Shown here one piece after another: positions 1 to 11,825 of a stretch of DNA of 64,000 nucleotides. A program made the translations under genes and the position numbers. The stretch is from the NCBI GenBank assembly GCA_964016885.1, contig OZ024743.1:94488001-94552000 (forward strand), in the 5' to 3' direction. The notes below the pieces were generated by a model that was not told the origin of the DNA, searched no databases, and was given only the letters and a program-made list of their open reading frames with translations. Numbering within the stretch: the first letter of the stretch is position 1; every line of letters starts with the position of its first letter. Source of the stretch: Eledone cirrhosa. Its lineage: Eukaryota.

Positions 1-1007
1 CAACCTCTTTCGCAACTGCCACCAGGCAAAGGAAACTTGCATGTCCTTTATAGTAATGGTTTAATTTATTGCCATAAGTGCCGACGTATATGGGACAATA
101 CAATAGACGGGGACAGTGGGGTTCCATATAATATAATAATAATTGTTTCTACTTTAGGCAAAAGGCCAGTAATTTCAGGGAAGGGATAAGCCGACTATGT
201 CAATCCCAGTGTGTTACTGGTACTTTATTTCATCGCAGTAGGTTGAAACATTACTACAGTTTTATCGAGGCTAATAGTTAATCGATCACTAATAATAATA
301 ATTGATGATAATAATTTTTTATTTATTGGCCACAATGCCGAAATATGTAAGACAATACAAAAAACAAAGACAGTGGGGAATTACAAAAAAAAAAAAAAAA
401 TGAAAAAATTTAAACCATGTAAACAAATAAAACAGATGTCAATAAATATTGAATAACAATAAAAATTCCTCAATAGGGGGAGCACACCCCAGGGCTAACA
501 AGAATGTTTGTGAAATACAACTTGTACCTTAGGTAGGAGTGATGAAGCTACGATATGATGTGTATTGCACAAACGTTCTCACTTTTTAGAACATTTTATT
601 TCTCCTCTAAAAAGAGACAACGTACAATTATATCTATATATCAATATCTGTATATAGATATTGATTATGTGAATTGTTTCATAACATTTCAAATAATTGG
701 ATGTATAACTTCCTTGAAACACGTGGAAGGAAATAAATATGATTTAAAAGATAAAATAAGTTGTTTTCATCAATAAGCTTGTATTTATGTATTTATGTGC
801 GCTGTATTTATGTCTACATCTCCAAATCTTTCTCTCTGAAAGTTTCTTTCTTTCAAACCTATATAACATATAAACAAATCAAGGTAATTTTGAAAAGACA
901 TGGCAATTATATATTATATATAATTCTCTAAGGTCCTTTGAGCATTGTATATATAGTTTTATTTTGCTAATATAATATAATATAATATAATATTTTATAT
1001 ATATATA

Positions 1008-1720
1008 TATATTGTTTAGCTCTGGTTTTTTAACTATTGGAGCGCTTGCCAGCATTTTTACGATTTTGCGTTTCGTTTCGCTTTTTCTACCAGCCGAAAT
1101 ACGATTCTCGCTGAATTATATTTGTATTAATCTCCCGAGTCTTACAAATAACCTGTTAATAATTATATTGACAGATTAATTGCATAAGCTTTTTTTAAAA
1201 ACTACCCGGTTGAGTGCTTATTCGATTTGTGCTATCTATGCAATTTTTTGTATGATATACACATACTGAATTCCTTTGCCCAAATCTGGGGAATTTTCCC
1301 CTTGTGACTTACGCATGTGCCTTTACTATGCTCTGCGTCACTCGCAAAGTTGGTTACAGAGCAAAATTACCTGTTGATAACGTGATATTCCTTGTTCGAT
1401 CTTTATGCTGAAAGCTTATAGTTTTAAGCAGAATAGTATTATTGATTTAGGTGTCATAGAAACCCTGCATTTGGATTTTACCACCAGTTTCATTTGGGTC
1501 CAGGTTTTTATCATTTATTTTGTTTGACCTGTTTAGCTTGTTTTTTGGCTTCGGTGGTTAATGCCTTCTTAACCACTTTTTCAGTTTGTATGGCGTTTTA
1601 ACATATTGTTTAGCTCTAGTTTTTTAACTATTGAGTGCTTGCCAGCATTTCTACGATTTTGCGTTTCGTTTCGCTTTTTCTACCATCCGAAATACGATTC
1701 TCGCTGAATTATATTTGTAT
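1008..1720. repeat. ~120-bp direct repeat (1008-1128 and 1603-1720) bracketing a ~470-bp spacer, between (TA)n tracts; probable PLE partial tandem/pseudo-LTR
   Basis: ATATTGTTTAGCTCT...GCTGAATTATATTTGTAT occurs twice; degenerate hammerhead-like motif on - strand at ~1526-1584. Confidence 0.6.
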
Positions 1721-2153
1721 ATATATATATATATTGTTATACTGGGGGTGGGGGGTCATATTGTTGTAATAATATTGCCAGAAATAATAACAGAACACAC
1801 TCACTGTTTGGTTGGTTTTCGCTTCTGTATCTTTTATATTTCCATAGTTAATTTATTTGGTCCTCAATGTTTATCACTGACTGACCAGCGGTCAAAAATA
1901 CATATATATATATATAGTCTAACAACGTTCTTTCGTTGCACATTTGCAACATCATCAGTGGTACTATTATCATGTTTACCCTGCTGTATTGTATGTATTG
2001 TAATGTCTACGCCATTTTTATTTTGGTTTTTATTTTTGTTTACACGGTTTAAATAAAAATGGCATAGACATTACAATACATACAATACAGCCGGGGAAAC
2101 ATGATAATAGTACCACTGATGATGTTGCAGATGTGCAACGAAAGAACGTTGTT

Positions 2154-2184
<31 letters not shown>

Positions 2185-2351
2185 CTGTAATTTTGACCGC
2201 TGGTCAGTCAGTGATAAACATTGAGGACCAAATAAATTAACTATGGAAATATAAAAGATACAGAAGCGAAAACCAACCAAACAGTGAGTGTGTTCTGCTA
2301 TTATTTCTGGCAATATTATTATTACAACAATATGACCCCCACCCTCAGTAT

Positions 2352-2388
<37 letters not shown>
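1716..2388. mobile_element. Foldback (inverted pair) of a PLE pseudo-LTR-like element; arms 1716-2023 / 2051-2388
   Basis: ~310-bp near-perfect inverted arms ending in (TA)n; each arm has CTGATGA-T-GTTGCA-N4-TGCAAC-GAAA; related copy at ~23230-23390. Confidence 0.75.
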
Positions 2389-2389
<1 letters not shown>

Positions 2390-3084
2390 TAATAATAAAT
2401 ACAAAGACCAAAATAAAAAGAGTGTCGATGAGGGCTGTATATATATAATATATATATAGTATATATAAACCCTTATACATATATATGTATATGGGTGTGT
2501 GTTTGTATATATATATATATATAGACACAGACACGTGTGTGTGTACTTAACGCTGTATTGAGAATAGAGGAAACTAATTATTGTAATCAACGGTTGCATT
2601 GTAACATTGAGGGTGGGGGTTAATTAAAAACGATGTTAAACACGTGAGCATGAGTGGTTTACTATTTTAAATAGGCCATAAGTAGTTTTTCTTATTTCAA
2701 TTACTTCTCTGCAAATTTCCCAAGAAGAATGTGTGGAGGGTGCACAAGAAAAGAAACAATTATTGTAAAACTAAAAGTTACAAAATTTCACTATCTACCA
2801 ACTTGAATAACCTGTTTAACATCTTGCAGCAAATATGCATCACAATGTATTTAATTTATGAAACTGAGAGTTCCAGAATCAACTACTTTACATTATGGAA
2901 ATCCACTGCACGTGTTATAGCGAATGAAATGGTGACTAAACAAAGTAAGTACAACGTGAACAATTGTTAGAACATATGTCAATATGTCAACGCTAAATAA
3001 TCACTAATTAAAACAATAGCTATTGAATTAATTAATATCTCATAGATTCTATTTCTCTCTATATATATTGCAATTATTACGAAT

Positions 3085-3138
3085 TCATATCACTCTATCA
3101 AGCTACATTGTTCTGGAAGTGTTAAGAACCAACTGAAG
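3085..3138 (+). other. Putative non-coding first exon (5' UTR) of tyrosinase-like gene 1
   Basis: Strong donor AAG|GTAAGA at 3139, TATA-like tract near 3060; coding exon 1 is preceded by an acceptor (TTTTCAG, 4944-4950) 2 nt before ATG, so an upstream exon is needed; block retained in the inverted paralog (~61930-62010). Start coordinate approximate. Confidence 0.45.
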
Positions 3139-4652
3139 GTAAGAGTCTTACTGTAATATGACAAGTTCATACAGCAATATCATAACTGAAGTTCTAATTT
3201 ATACAACACCATCTCCATGTCTTACTACTGTCAAGACATTATGAAGTTATTGCTATTTAAATCAATTCACAGATGTTTCTGGGTAGCTTTGATTTAACTT
3301 ACATTACGCTTGGTTAAATATATACCAGTAATATACTACAATAGGTCCAATAATTTAAAACAACGCTCTTTACAGAACTGACTGGATTCCCAAGAGAGAC
3401 GTTAGCAATTGTAAACGACCCCACAATAGAGACAAAATGGCTAATTATTTTGAAATAATTTCGTGAGGATTGTAGAGATAATTCAAATAACTCCGATATT
3501 TTCTTCATAAACATCACTCAATCTTATCTCCTTTCTCCCACCTCAAAAGACTCCAAAAAATTGTAATAGTAACAGCAAACAAAAATATAATAATCGTCTC
3601 ACTAAATCATCACTGAAGAAATCTAGCAATCTGCTTGGTAATCGTTATTTCCGTTTCCGGTAGAGTACGAAACTTTATGAACATATTTTTTCCATTTCTC
3701 TCTCTGTTCATTGTCATTTTATTGAGTTCTTTCCATGATTTGGATTAAGACCATTTTAGGAAATGGTGTCTCCAGCTATCAGTGAGGCGTCTTCATTTTC
3801 GCTTTTCATGTACTATATGCTCCAAGCAGATTTTAGGGTCTGATCTCTTCATATACATTGGAGCGTCCTAATTTCTCTTTCAAGATATAATATCCTTTTC
3901 AGAAAGATTTTTGGGAGACAACAAATAGAAAATTTGACGTAGCAAAACAACTTGAGAGAATTGCTATCAAAAACTGCTCATTGTTGTATCATTTCTCGTA
4001 GATGTACAATAATATTTTAACTCTGTCTGTTAGGCGTTTACCAGTAATAAATCTCATGACATGGTTTTGAAATACTTCAATTTTCGAAGTTTGTTTTGCA
4101 GACCAAGTAACAAAATTTAATACATAAATAGGTAGAGGGAGAATGTCAGTGTTATATATCTTAATTTTGAATTGATATTCGATTAGACAGGGTATTTCTT
4201 TAAACTCGCCTCAATTAGAACCATTGAAACCAATATTTACCAAGATCAACTCGTTCTTTCCAGCATTTATTGAAATTATTATTGTGTAAATGAATGAGTT
4301 CAAATCCCGCCCAGGTTAGTTTTAGTGTAAGCCATAAAAAGAAGCAAATATGTGAGTTGAATCCCATAAGTGTGCGTCTTTTGAGCTCTTAACTCCTGGT
4401 GGAGTCTCGTCGTTACATTCACTTTAAACCTGGCAGAGCCCATCTCTCTCTAGGTCTGAACATAACCGACTTCTTCTAGAGAAATAGAGAGGAGGTAGAG
4501 AATCGATCCTTGTATTGAACTGACACTTTGTTTTATCAAATTTGGAAGAATGAAAGGCAAAGTTGATTTCGGTGAGGATTGAGCTAATGATCTCAAGAGC
4601 TGGAACAAATACTGCACACACAAACATAAATGTAAACATAGATACGGAGATA

Positions 4653-4746
<94 letters not shown>

Positions 4747-4952
4747 CTCTCTCTCTGACACACACAAACAAACAAACATATAGACAGACAGACACACTGT
4801 AATTTCTGTCTACCAAATTTCACTAGTAGAAAACACTTGCTCGAAGCACCACACAGAGTGACAGAGCCTAGAACTACGTGGTTGCAAAGTAGACTCCTTA
4901 ACAGCCATGCTTTCGTCTGAATGATGTTTTACATTTTCTTATATTTTCAGCA

Positions 4953-5321
4953 ATGAATCGTCTGTACCTAGCATTCATCATATTGCTGGCTTTTGTTTAC
5001 GTGAAGTCAGATATACAGTATTATGTTCCAGAAATAGGTAGCTATGTTCCAGACTGTTTTAATAATGTATGCAAATCGACAAATCCACCAATTGAAAAGA
5101 AGGCCGATATATGGAAATATTGCATCGGTCAGCTCCAAATGGCGAAAATATGTCCTAATTGGACAACAAACTATCTAAATTATAATCTACCAACCGATGA
5201 ACCAAAAACAGAACAACCAAATCCTATGATAATGCTCCGAGTAAGGAAGGAATATAGACAACTCAGTGAACAAGAAAGATATGATTTCCACCGTAGTATT
5301 CATCTTCTAAAACAAGATACG
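4953..5321 (+). CDS. Tyrosinase-like gene 1, coding exon 1 (signal peptide + N-terminal region)
   Basis: MNRLYLAFIILLAFVYVKS hydrophobic signal; ends RVRKEYRQLSEQERYDFHRSIHLLKQDT, the typical tyrosinase N-terminal motif; donor ACG|GTAAGG at 5322; 369 nt, phase 0. Confidence 0.9.
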
Positions 5322-5539
5322 GTAAGGTTCTATTTTTTTATATGAATATTATTGAGAGAAGTTCAGAGTACTGACAGACTTTGATATTTTACTAAACTAG
5401 TAACATGACTTTACTTCGTTAACGAAGATTTATGAAAGGGGCTGTCCACATCTATCGTAGGCTCGCTGGTAACTGGCGAGAAAAACGTAAGATAGGCAAA
5501 CACGACTAAAGCAAGAGTAAGTCTAATTTTGTTCTTGTT

Positions 5540-5960
5540 TCAGTGTTACCATACTACATTTCTTCCCCGGACTTTTGTCTTCGTCAACAGTCCTCCATTC
5601 ATTCTCGAAGGAGGAAATTGACAGATGGTATGTCACCAGATCACCTGATCAGAGGACATATCACACCTCTGGTGTAGATCAATATGACATGCTTAAAGAG
5701 ATTTCTTTAGAGAACCCTTGTACGTTTTCTGCGGATCCCTCTGTTTCAGTGGAAAATGAAGAGTTCGCCATGCAGCGATGATGATTTTCTATTCGGGAAA
5801 CATGCATTGGTGCTCTCTGTCTCTTCAAGAACTTCAATGCTGGTAACAAAATCGCTCTATCACTCCAGCAGATGTTGAGGATGCTGCGAAGTGAGAAATC
5901 TAGTATATTATCTACATATAGATACTTTCGTGAGTGGAAGTGGATTATTCATAGCAGATC
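5540..5960 (-). mobile_element. Decayed RTE-like LINE 3' fragment in intron 1 (mirror at ~59370-59770)
   Basis: Minus-strand remnants resembling RTE C-terminus (LRSILNICWSD..., LHGEL...). Confidence 0.5.
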
Positions 5961-6241
5961 AATTTAATACACGCTAGTAAAGTATGTGAGTTACGGGGTC
6001 ATTTGCATTGTAACGTGCCGGCTACAGAGCTATATACTCAATAACCTTCTGTTCAGACAGTCTTTATATTTGATCAAGTGTTTACTTGTACAATATCATT
6101 TATATTTGATCAAGTGTTTACTTGTACAAGAGCAAAGAGAAGAGACGTGTTGCTGTTGTGTATAAGTTGATAGTGATACAAGTTTTAAAAAGAAAAAAAT
6201 CACTATATATTCATATATATGTACACTTACGAGAGAAGTAG

Positions 6242-6299
<58 letters not shown>

Positions 6300-6375
6300 A
6301 TATATATATATACACCTGCCTCCATATTTTGTTTCAATGATTGTAATGTCTTATATCTCCTTCTTTATCTTACAG

Positions 6376-6488
6376 AGCATGGAACCAAATGTTTACGATG
6401 CTATCGCCTTCCTCCATACAGGTGCGACTGCCAGAAATGCTCACAATGGTCCTGTATTCCTCACCTGGCACAGAATATATGTGAAAAT
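6376..6488 (+). CDS. Tyrosinase-like gene 1, coding exon 2 (CuA site)
   Basis: TTACAG|AGC acceptor; SMEPNVYDAIAFLHTGATARNAHNGPVFLTWHRIYVKM holds the three CuA histidines; donor AT|GTAAAT; 113 nt, frame joins exon 3. Confidence 0.92.
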
Positions 6489-7068
6489 GTAAATAATTCA
6501 GTATTTTCCAATTACTTATTTTTTCTACTGTAATATTATGCTAATAACTTTAATATTAGAATTCATAGAATAATGAAAAATAAAACTTATCGCAAGAATA
6601 GCTGTTAACACCAAAATGTCGTTAAATACCATGTTTTAACAGCTACTCTTGCGTTGATTTTTCGCCATTATTCCATGAATATTGATGGCAGTTTGCTGTT
6701 TTAACAGTTGTTCTTGTGTGGGACTTGTAGGAGCCCCATATTGACATACAGTGATTCTAGCGCATTTTCTCTAACCTCAGAGAGCCCGTCTCCACCCTAG
6801 TTCTGAATAAAGCAGATTTCTTCCAGAGAATTCTTCCAGCGATTCTTTCATGAGACATTCTAACCACATGCCTATAGTATCGGAGCTGTGATCTCTCAAT
6901 TCGGAGAATTTTATATAAATTTTATTTAAGCCCGTTAGATAAGTTTTGAAACGAATACGATCTTAATAATTAAAATAATTGATAATTTAAATAGCTCCCT
7001 CGTAATATTTCATTTATTAAATATGTCATTAGAAATATGTTAATGTGGTTTTTATTTTTAAATTTCAG

Positions 7069-8573
7069 GATGGAAGATGCTCTTCGTAGAAAAGTACCAA
7101 CTGTAACAATTCCATTTTGGGATCCAACTCTTGATGCTTCTCTTTCTAATCCTCGAGATTCGATTATCTGGTCGGACACGTTCATGGGAACAGTCAATGG
7201 ATTTGTGAATCGTGGACCGTTTGCTAATTGGACCACACCATCTGGTCATCTAGTAAGGAATGGAGGTTTCAGTACAACTTTGCCAACACATCGTAATATC
7301 GAAGATGTTCTCACTCGAACGAAACTCGAAGAAATATCAGAACCAAACGCACTCGAACGCTATAACTTTGAATTTATGCATAATTCTATGCACGTTTCTG
7401 TTGGAGGACTTATGGCTATGATTCCAGCTGCACCTATGGATCCTTTCTTCTTTCTACTTCACAGTTATGTAGAACTTGTTCACACACGTTTCAATGAAAA
7501 CCAAAGGAAAAACAACATCGATCCTGCAACAGATTATCCTTCGAATTTTGGTTTAGATATTTATGCTCCCAACCAAAGTATTGGCATTATGAATTTAACA
7601 GTCGAAGAAGCATTCAAAGTAACTCAAAGTTACACTGGTATTTACAGATATGATTATGATTACTTACTTGGAAATTGTACTTACAATCCAAATCTTTGTA
7701 ATCCTCGATACTTAACATGCGAAAATGGTAGATGTGTAACAAAATCTAAATCAACAACTCGTTGTAATACTCTCATTCCCTATCAAAATATGTTTTGTAT
7801 CAACCGTGTGTGTGATTTAAAAGAATGGGCATTTATTCCGATCGAAATAATTTACGAACGACCTTACGAGACGATGAGATTTGGAAATTTCCCAATCGTA
7901 AATGGTCAACCAAACTTATTGAATGATATATACGACAACAGTCTATCCAAAAATTCCTCGTCCAGTAATTCTACTTGTCGGACGAGTAAGTGTTGTGGAC
8001 CAGCAGGAAGAGTGAATGTTCAAGCCAGTGGCATCAATTATTTTGGAAATTATGAAGAAATGGTGGTAGTGGACCGTAGATTAGCTGTATCATCAGATCT
8101 AGCTTATATCGGTATCAGAGACCCCGAAAAAAACTTTAGTTTGGTATTTCTAACAGTTACGGAACAATGTGGAAGAATATGCCGGCCATCTTGCTTAGTT
8201 CCAGGTTCCAACCCACCAAGATACACAGAATGTATAGGACTTTTGAACATAACTCGTAGCGACACTGCCTTCTACGGTAAAACCCTCGCAGATACTTACA
8301 TGAAGGTCTGGGATTATAACAACCAGATTCGACCGAAACTGAAGCACCAGAATATTCCAATTGTTTTCCACTGTGATGACAGCCGGTGGCCATTTACCAG
8401 CAGTAATGTGACTACAACAACGACCACACCAGTTCGAACAACAACAACAACCACAACAACAACACCAGTACCGACAACAACAACAACAACAACTACTACT
8501 ACTACAAGGTGGACAACACCTACAACAACAACACGTGTGTATTGGCCACAGACAACAAAACCAACACCTAAAA
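7069..8573 (+). CDS. Tyrosinase-like gene 1, coding exon 3 (CuB site, Cys-rich region, Thr-rich stalk)
   Basis: TTTCAG|G acceptor; IPFWD, GPFANW, HNSMH and DPFFFLLH (CuB His) motifs; Thr-rich tract; donor A|GTAAGT at 8574, phase 1. Confidence 0.93.
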
Positions 8574-8589
8574 GTAAGTATTAATAGAC

Positions 8590-9057
8590 TTCATTATTAT
8601 GTTTGTTCTAAAATAAAGTACCAGTAATGCACTGGGTATTTGCTGGCCTTGTGCCTAAAGTAGAAACAATTATTATGTTTGTTCTCAGAACGTCCCTTTA
8701 CGGTCTGAGTTCAAATCCCGCCGAGGTTCACTTTGCCTTTCATCCTTACGGGGTCGATAAAATAAAGTACCAGTAATGCACTGGGATAATTGCTGGCCTT
8801 GTGCCAAAAGTAGAAATAATTATTATGTTTGTTCATGGTGGTGGATTGGCAGTATCGGTAGAGGGTCGGACGCCATGTTTTGCAGCAAAAGTTACGGCCC
8901 TTTATGGTCTGAGTTCAAATCCCGCCGAGGCTAAGTTTGCCTTTCATCCTTACGGGGTCGATAAAATAAAGTACCAGTCACGCACTTGGGTCGATTTAAT
9001 CGACTTTCCCCTCCCCCCAAATTGCTGGATTTGTGCCTATATAAGAAACCATTATTG
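8590..9057 (+). mobile_element. Tandem partial copies of the abundant Octopus-type tRNA-derived SINE (intron 3 of gene 1)
   Basis: GAGTTCAAATCCCGCCGAGG B-box-like head, TTTGCCTTTCATCC..GGGGTCGATAAAATAAAGTACCAG body, ATT-rich tail; many copies in window. Confidence 0.8.
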
Positions 9058-9277
9058 AACCTAATCTAAGTAACCCTGACTACCAAAGCAATTGCTATCT
9101 CCATGTTGTATCCGACATCTAGTCACATATTGTGTGTAGGGCTATTCAGTTCCACTCAAACTGATAATCTCATTTGACCCTACAGATGCCAAACATTTGC
9201 TCTATAAATTATTATAAATTCTCTATATATATTTCACATATATATTCCACCTAACCTTTGTTTTTTCTCTATTACAG

Positions 9278-9477
9278 AATGTTACATCAACAAATATTGT
9301 GCCATTGCTAAAGGATGTGATTGTATATCGATGGACAAACAGCCTTGCTTACAAATATGTTCTCATTATGCTATTTGTGCATATGGCAGATATATTGTGG
9401 CTTCCTGTGGCTATGGTAAAAGGTTTGACCCCACGACAAGAAGATGTATTCCTGGATACTGTCATTATAGATTTTAA
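9278..9477 (+). CDS. Tyrosinase-like gene 1, coding exon 4 (Cys-rich chitin-binding type-2-like domain)
   Basis: Not in the ORF track. Polypyrimidine + TACAG|AA acceptor; phase-1 translation KCYINKYCAIAKGCDCISMDKQPCLQICSHYAICAYGRYIVASCGYGKRFDPTTRRCIPGYCHYRF*; the C..Y..C..G.....C..G..FD.....C pattern resembles ChtBD2/peritrophin-A; same 200-nt exon in paralog. Confidence 0.85.
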
Positions 9478-9624
9478 CCCAGCAACATTTTTACTAAGCA
9501 ACATTCCTAATGAAACTACACATTTGAACGTGTAGTTTCAAAAGACGTTTGAATTGTACTGTTTAAGAGAGAACATCATTTAACAACAGTCAACGTAAGA
9601 ATGGATTGCAGGATGGGAAGATGT

Positions 9625-9792
9625 ATGGATTGGATGGATGGATGGATGGATGGATGGATGGATGGATGGATGGATGGATGGATGGATGGATGGATGGATG
9701 GATGGAAAGATGGATGGATGGAAGAAAAGATGGATGGATGGAAGAAAAGATGTATGGATGGAAGGAAAGATGGATGTATGAATGGATGGAAG
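9625..9792 (+). repeat. (GGAT)n microsatellite in the putative 3' UTR of gene 1
   Basis: Direct reading; largely absent from paralog at ~53060-53110. Confidence 0.95.
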
Positions 9793-10240
9793 GACAGGTA
9801 ATAAATGATTATATACATGGGGAATGAATGGTGAGAAATATAGAAATATGGAATCCGGTGCTAATTTTCAATAGAATTATACTATATTAGTTTCTGAACC
9901 TGTTACTATTTTTCAATCAATTATTTATTGATCAGAACATTTAATTATTTTTAATTAAAATAATTCTAATCCAATTTCATTATATTTATCAATAAACACA
10001 TAAAATTACTTCCTATTTTTCTTTTATTTTTTCTTTCATGAGAATCAAACTGGAAAATAGTAAACCCTGTTTGGAATCTGGCGGTGATAATTGTCTTCTC
10101 TTGATTCCTAAATACCAATTATTGTAGATCTGTCATATTAGATGAACAACGCCAGATAAGCTGGATCAATGGAACAAAATAAGGATTGATTGTTATAAAT
10201 ATCAGTACTTCTTAAAATATGTTACACCTTTCGTATATAC

Positions 10241-10459
<219 letters not shown>

Positions 10460-10462
<3 letters not shown>

Positions 10463-11273
10463 CAGGAAGCCCTCAACCAATTCTAGCGGCTACCCGCTTA
10501 CATTAGTGATCCCCTCTGGCTTCTCAACATTCTCTACCAGATATTTTGTTTTAGTCTCATTCATTCTCAGCCCCACACTCATCGACACAGTCTCAATCTC
10601 CCGCATCAAATCCTCTGCCTCCTTCACTGTATTTGTCACCAAAACTATGTCGTCGGCAAATTCAGCATCCGATACCTTTTTCGCCCTAACTCTCCTGCTC
10701 TGAGCCGGTGCCACAGTATTTGGGAGCAAAGATTGGGAATACGGAAGATGATGTGGTTGAGAGGAAGAGCAAGGCCTGGGCGGCGTGCCACAGCTTGAGA
10801 TCGGTGTGGAAGTCGGACCTTCGTAGAGACCTGAAAATCCGCCTCTTCATTGCTGTAGTGGAGTCTGTGCTGCTGTATGGGTCTGAGACTTGGACACTGA
10901 CCAAGAAACTCACTCAGATGGTGGATGGGTGCTACACGAGAATGCTGAGGATGGCTCTGAACATTAATCAGTATACACTGAGGATGAAAAACTCAGAGCT
11001 GTATGGGAGCATCCCAAAAGTCAGCTCAAAAGTGACACAGAGGAGACTGAGGTTAGCTGGACATGCTCACCGACATCCGGAGTTGACATTGCACTCAGTG
11101 CTCCTTTGGGAGCCACTACATGGACACACGAGAAGAGGAAGACCAAGGTTAACGTATGTTGATGCCCTAAGGACAGACACTGGTCTATTGGAGACGCGGG
11201 ACATGGCAGCGATAATGAGGGACAGAGACCGCTGGAGAGAACTCGTCCATGGATCTCGGGAATTTTACCCGCC

Positions 11274-11296
<23 letters not shown>
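10460..11296 (+). mobile_element. 5'-truncated, 5'-inverted RTE-like non-LTR retrotransposon with poly(A) tail
   Basis: + strand 10716-11277 encodes YLGA...SVLLYGSETW...RRLRLAGH...RGRP...DRDRWR; - strand 10460-10719 encodes the FADD RT core; poly(A) 11278-11296; sits between (TA)n tracts. Confidence 0.88.
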
Positions 11297-11319
<23 letters not shown>

Positions 11320-11328
<9 letters not shown>

Positions 11329-11545
11329 ATTAAATAAATGGAAACTATATTTATAAAACCATATTTATTTCATTATATATACTTCAGGGATATCATATTA
11401 ACAATATGCTATGCCTTCCTCAGACAAAATACAATATAAACAGTTTTATAGATAAATAGATTCGACATACCGTAACATCTACTTGCATTTGAGAAGGTTG
11501 ATTTGGTACCAAAATATAGTTTCCATTTATTTAATATTGTAAATA
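11320..11545 (-). mobile_element. Short PLE-terminus-like element with ~32-bp terminal inverted repeat and degenerate hammerhead
   Basis: TACAATATTAAATAAATGGAAACTATATTT ... AAATATAGTTTCCATTTATTTAATATTGTA; - strand CTGAGGA...GAAG at 11367-11430; same family at ~36690-36870. Confidence 0.65.
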
Positions 11546-11625
11546 TACTCCAAATATTTGTCGAGTGCTTTTATATCAGTTGTAAATATTTACTAGTTGT
11601 AACCCAACAATTTAAATATAACTTT

Positions 11626-11702
<77 letters not shown>

Positions 11703-11740
11703 AATAAGATAACAAGGACGATTGTATTAACATTACAAGG

Positions 11741-11825
11741 GGTCTGACGATCCGCGGATTACAGAGTGAGGTCAGATCGATACAGATCGAACCTTGAGCT
11801 GGTCAGTGGCGAAACGCGCCTCACC
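11741..11825 (+). ncRNA. Type-I hammerhead ribozyme-like motif inside a 30-bp inverted repeat (11695-11724 / 11853-11882)
   Basis: GGT-CTGACGA-long stem II-GAAAC-GCGC-CTC-ACC; one mismatch in stem III; followed by AATAAA. Confidence 0.65.

Larger units (their letters stand above)
3010..9870 (+). repeat. Outer inverted segmental duplication, arm 1 (pairs with ~52930-62070)
   Basis: Upstream region, introns, exons and 3' UTR are reverse-complement matches of the gene 3 locus, with indels in introns; intron 3 largely differs. Boundaries approximate. Confidence 0.9.

Noticed and set aside
7037-7068. ATG at 7037 (also 47738, 56975) as gene start
   Set aside because: Lies in intron 2 upstream of the TTTCAG acceptor; such a protein would lack CuA and signal peptide.
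9299-9535. 78-aa ORF MPLLKDVIV... (and 53173-53514) as the final exon product
   Set aside because: Wrong frame; the phase-1 splice from exon 3 selects the Cys-rich frame ending at 9477 / 53231.
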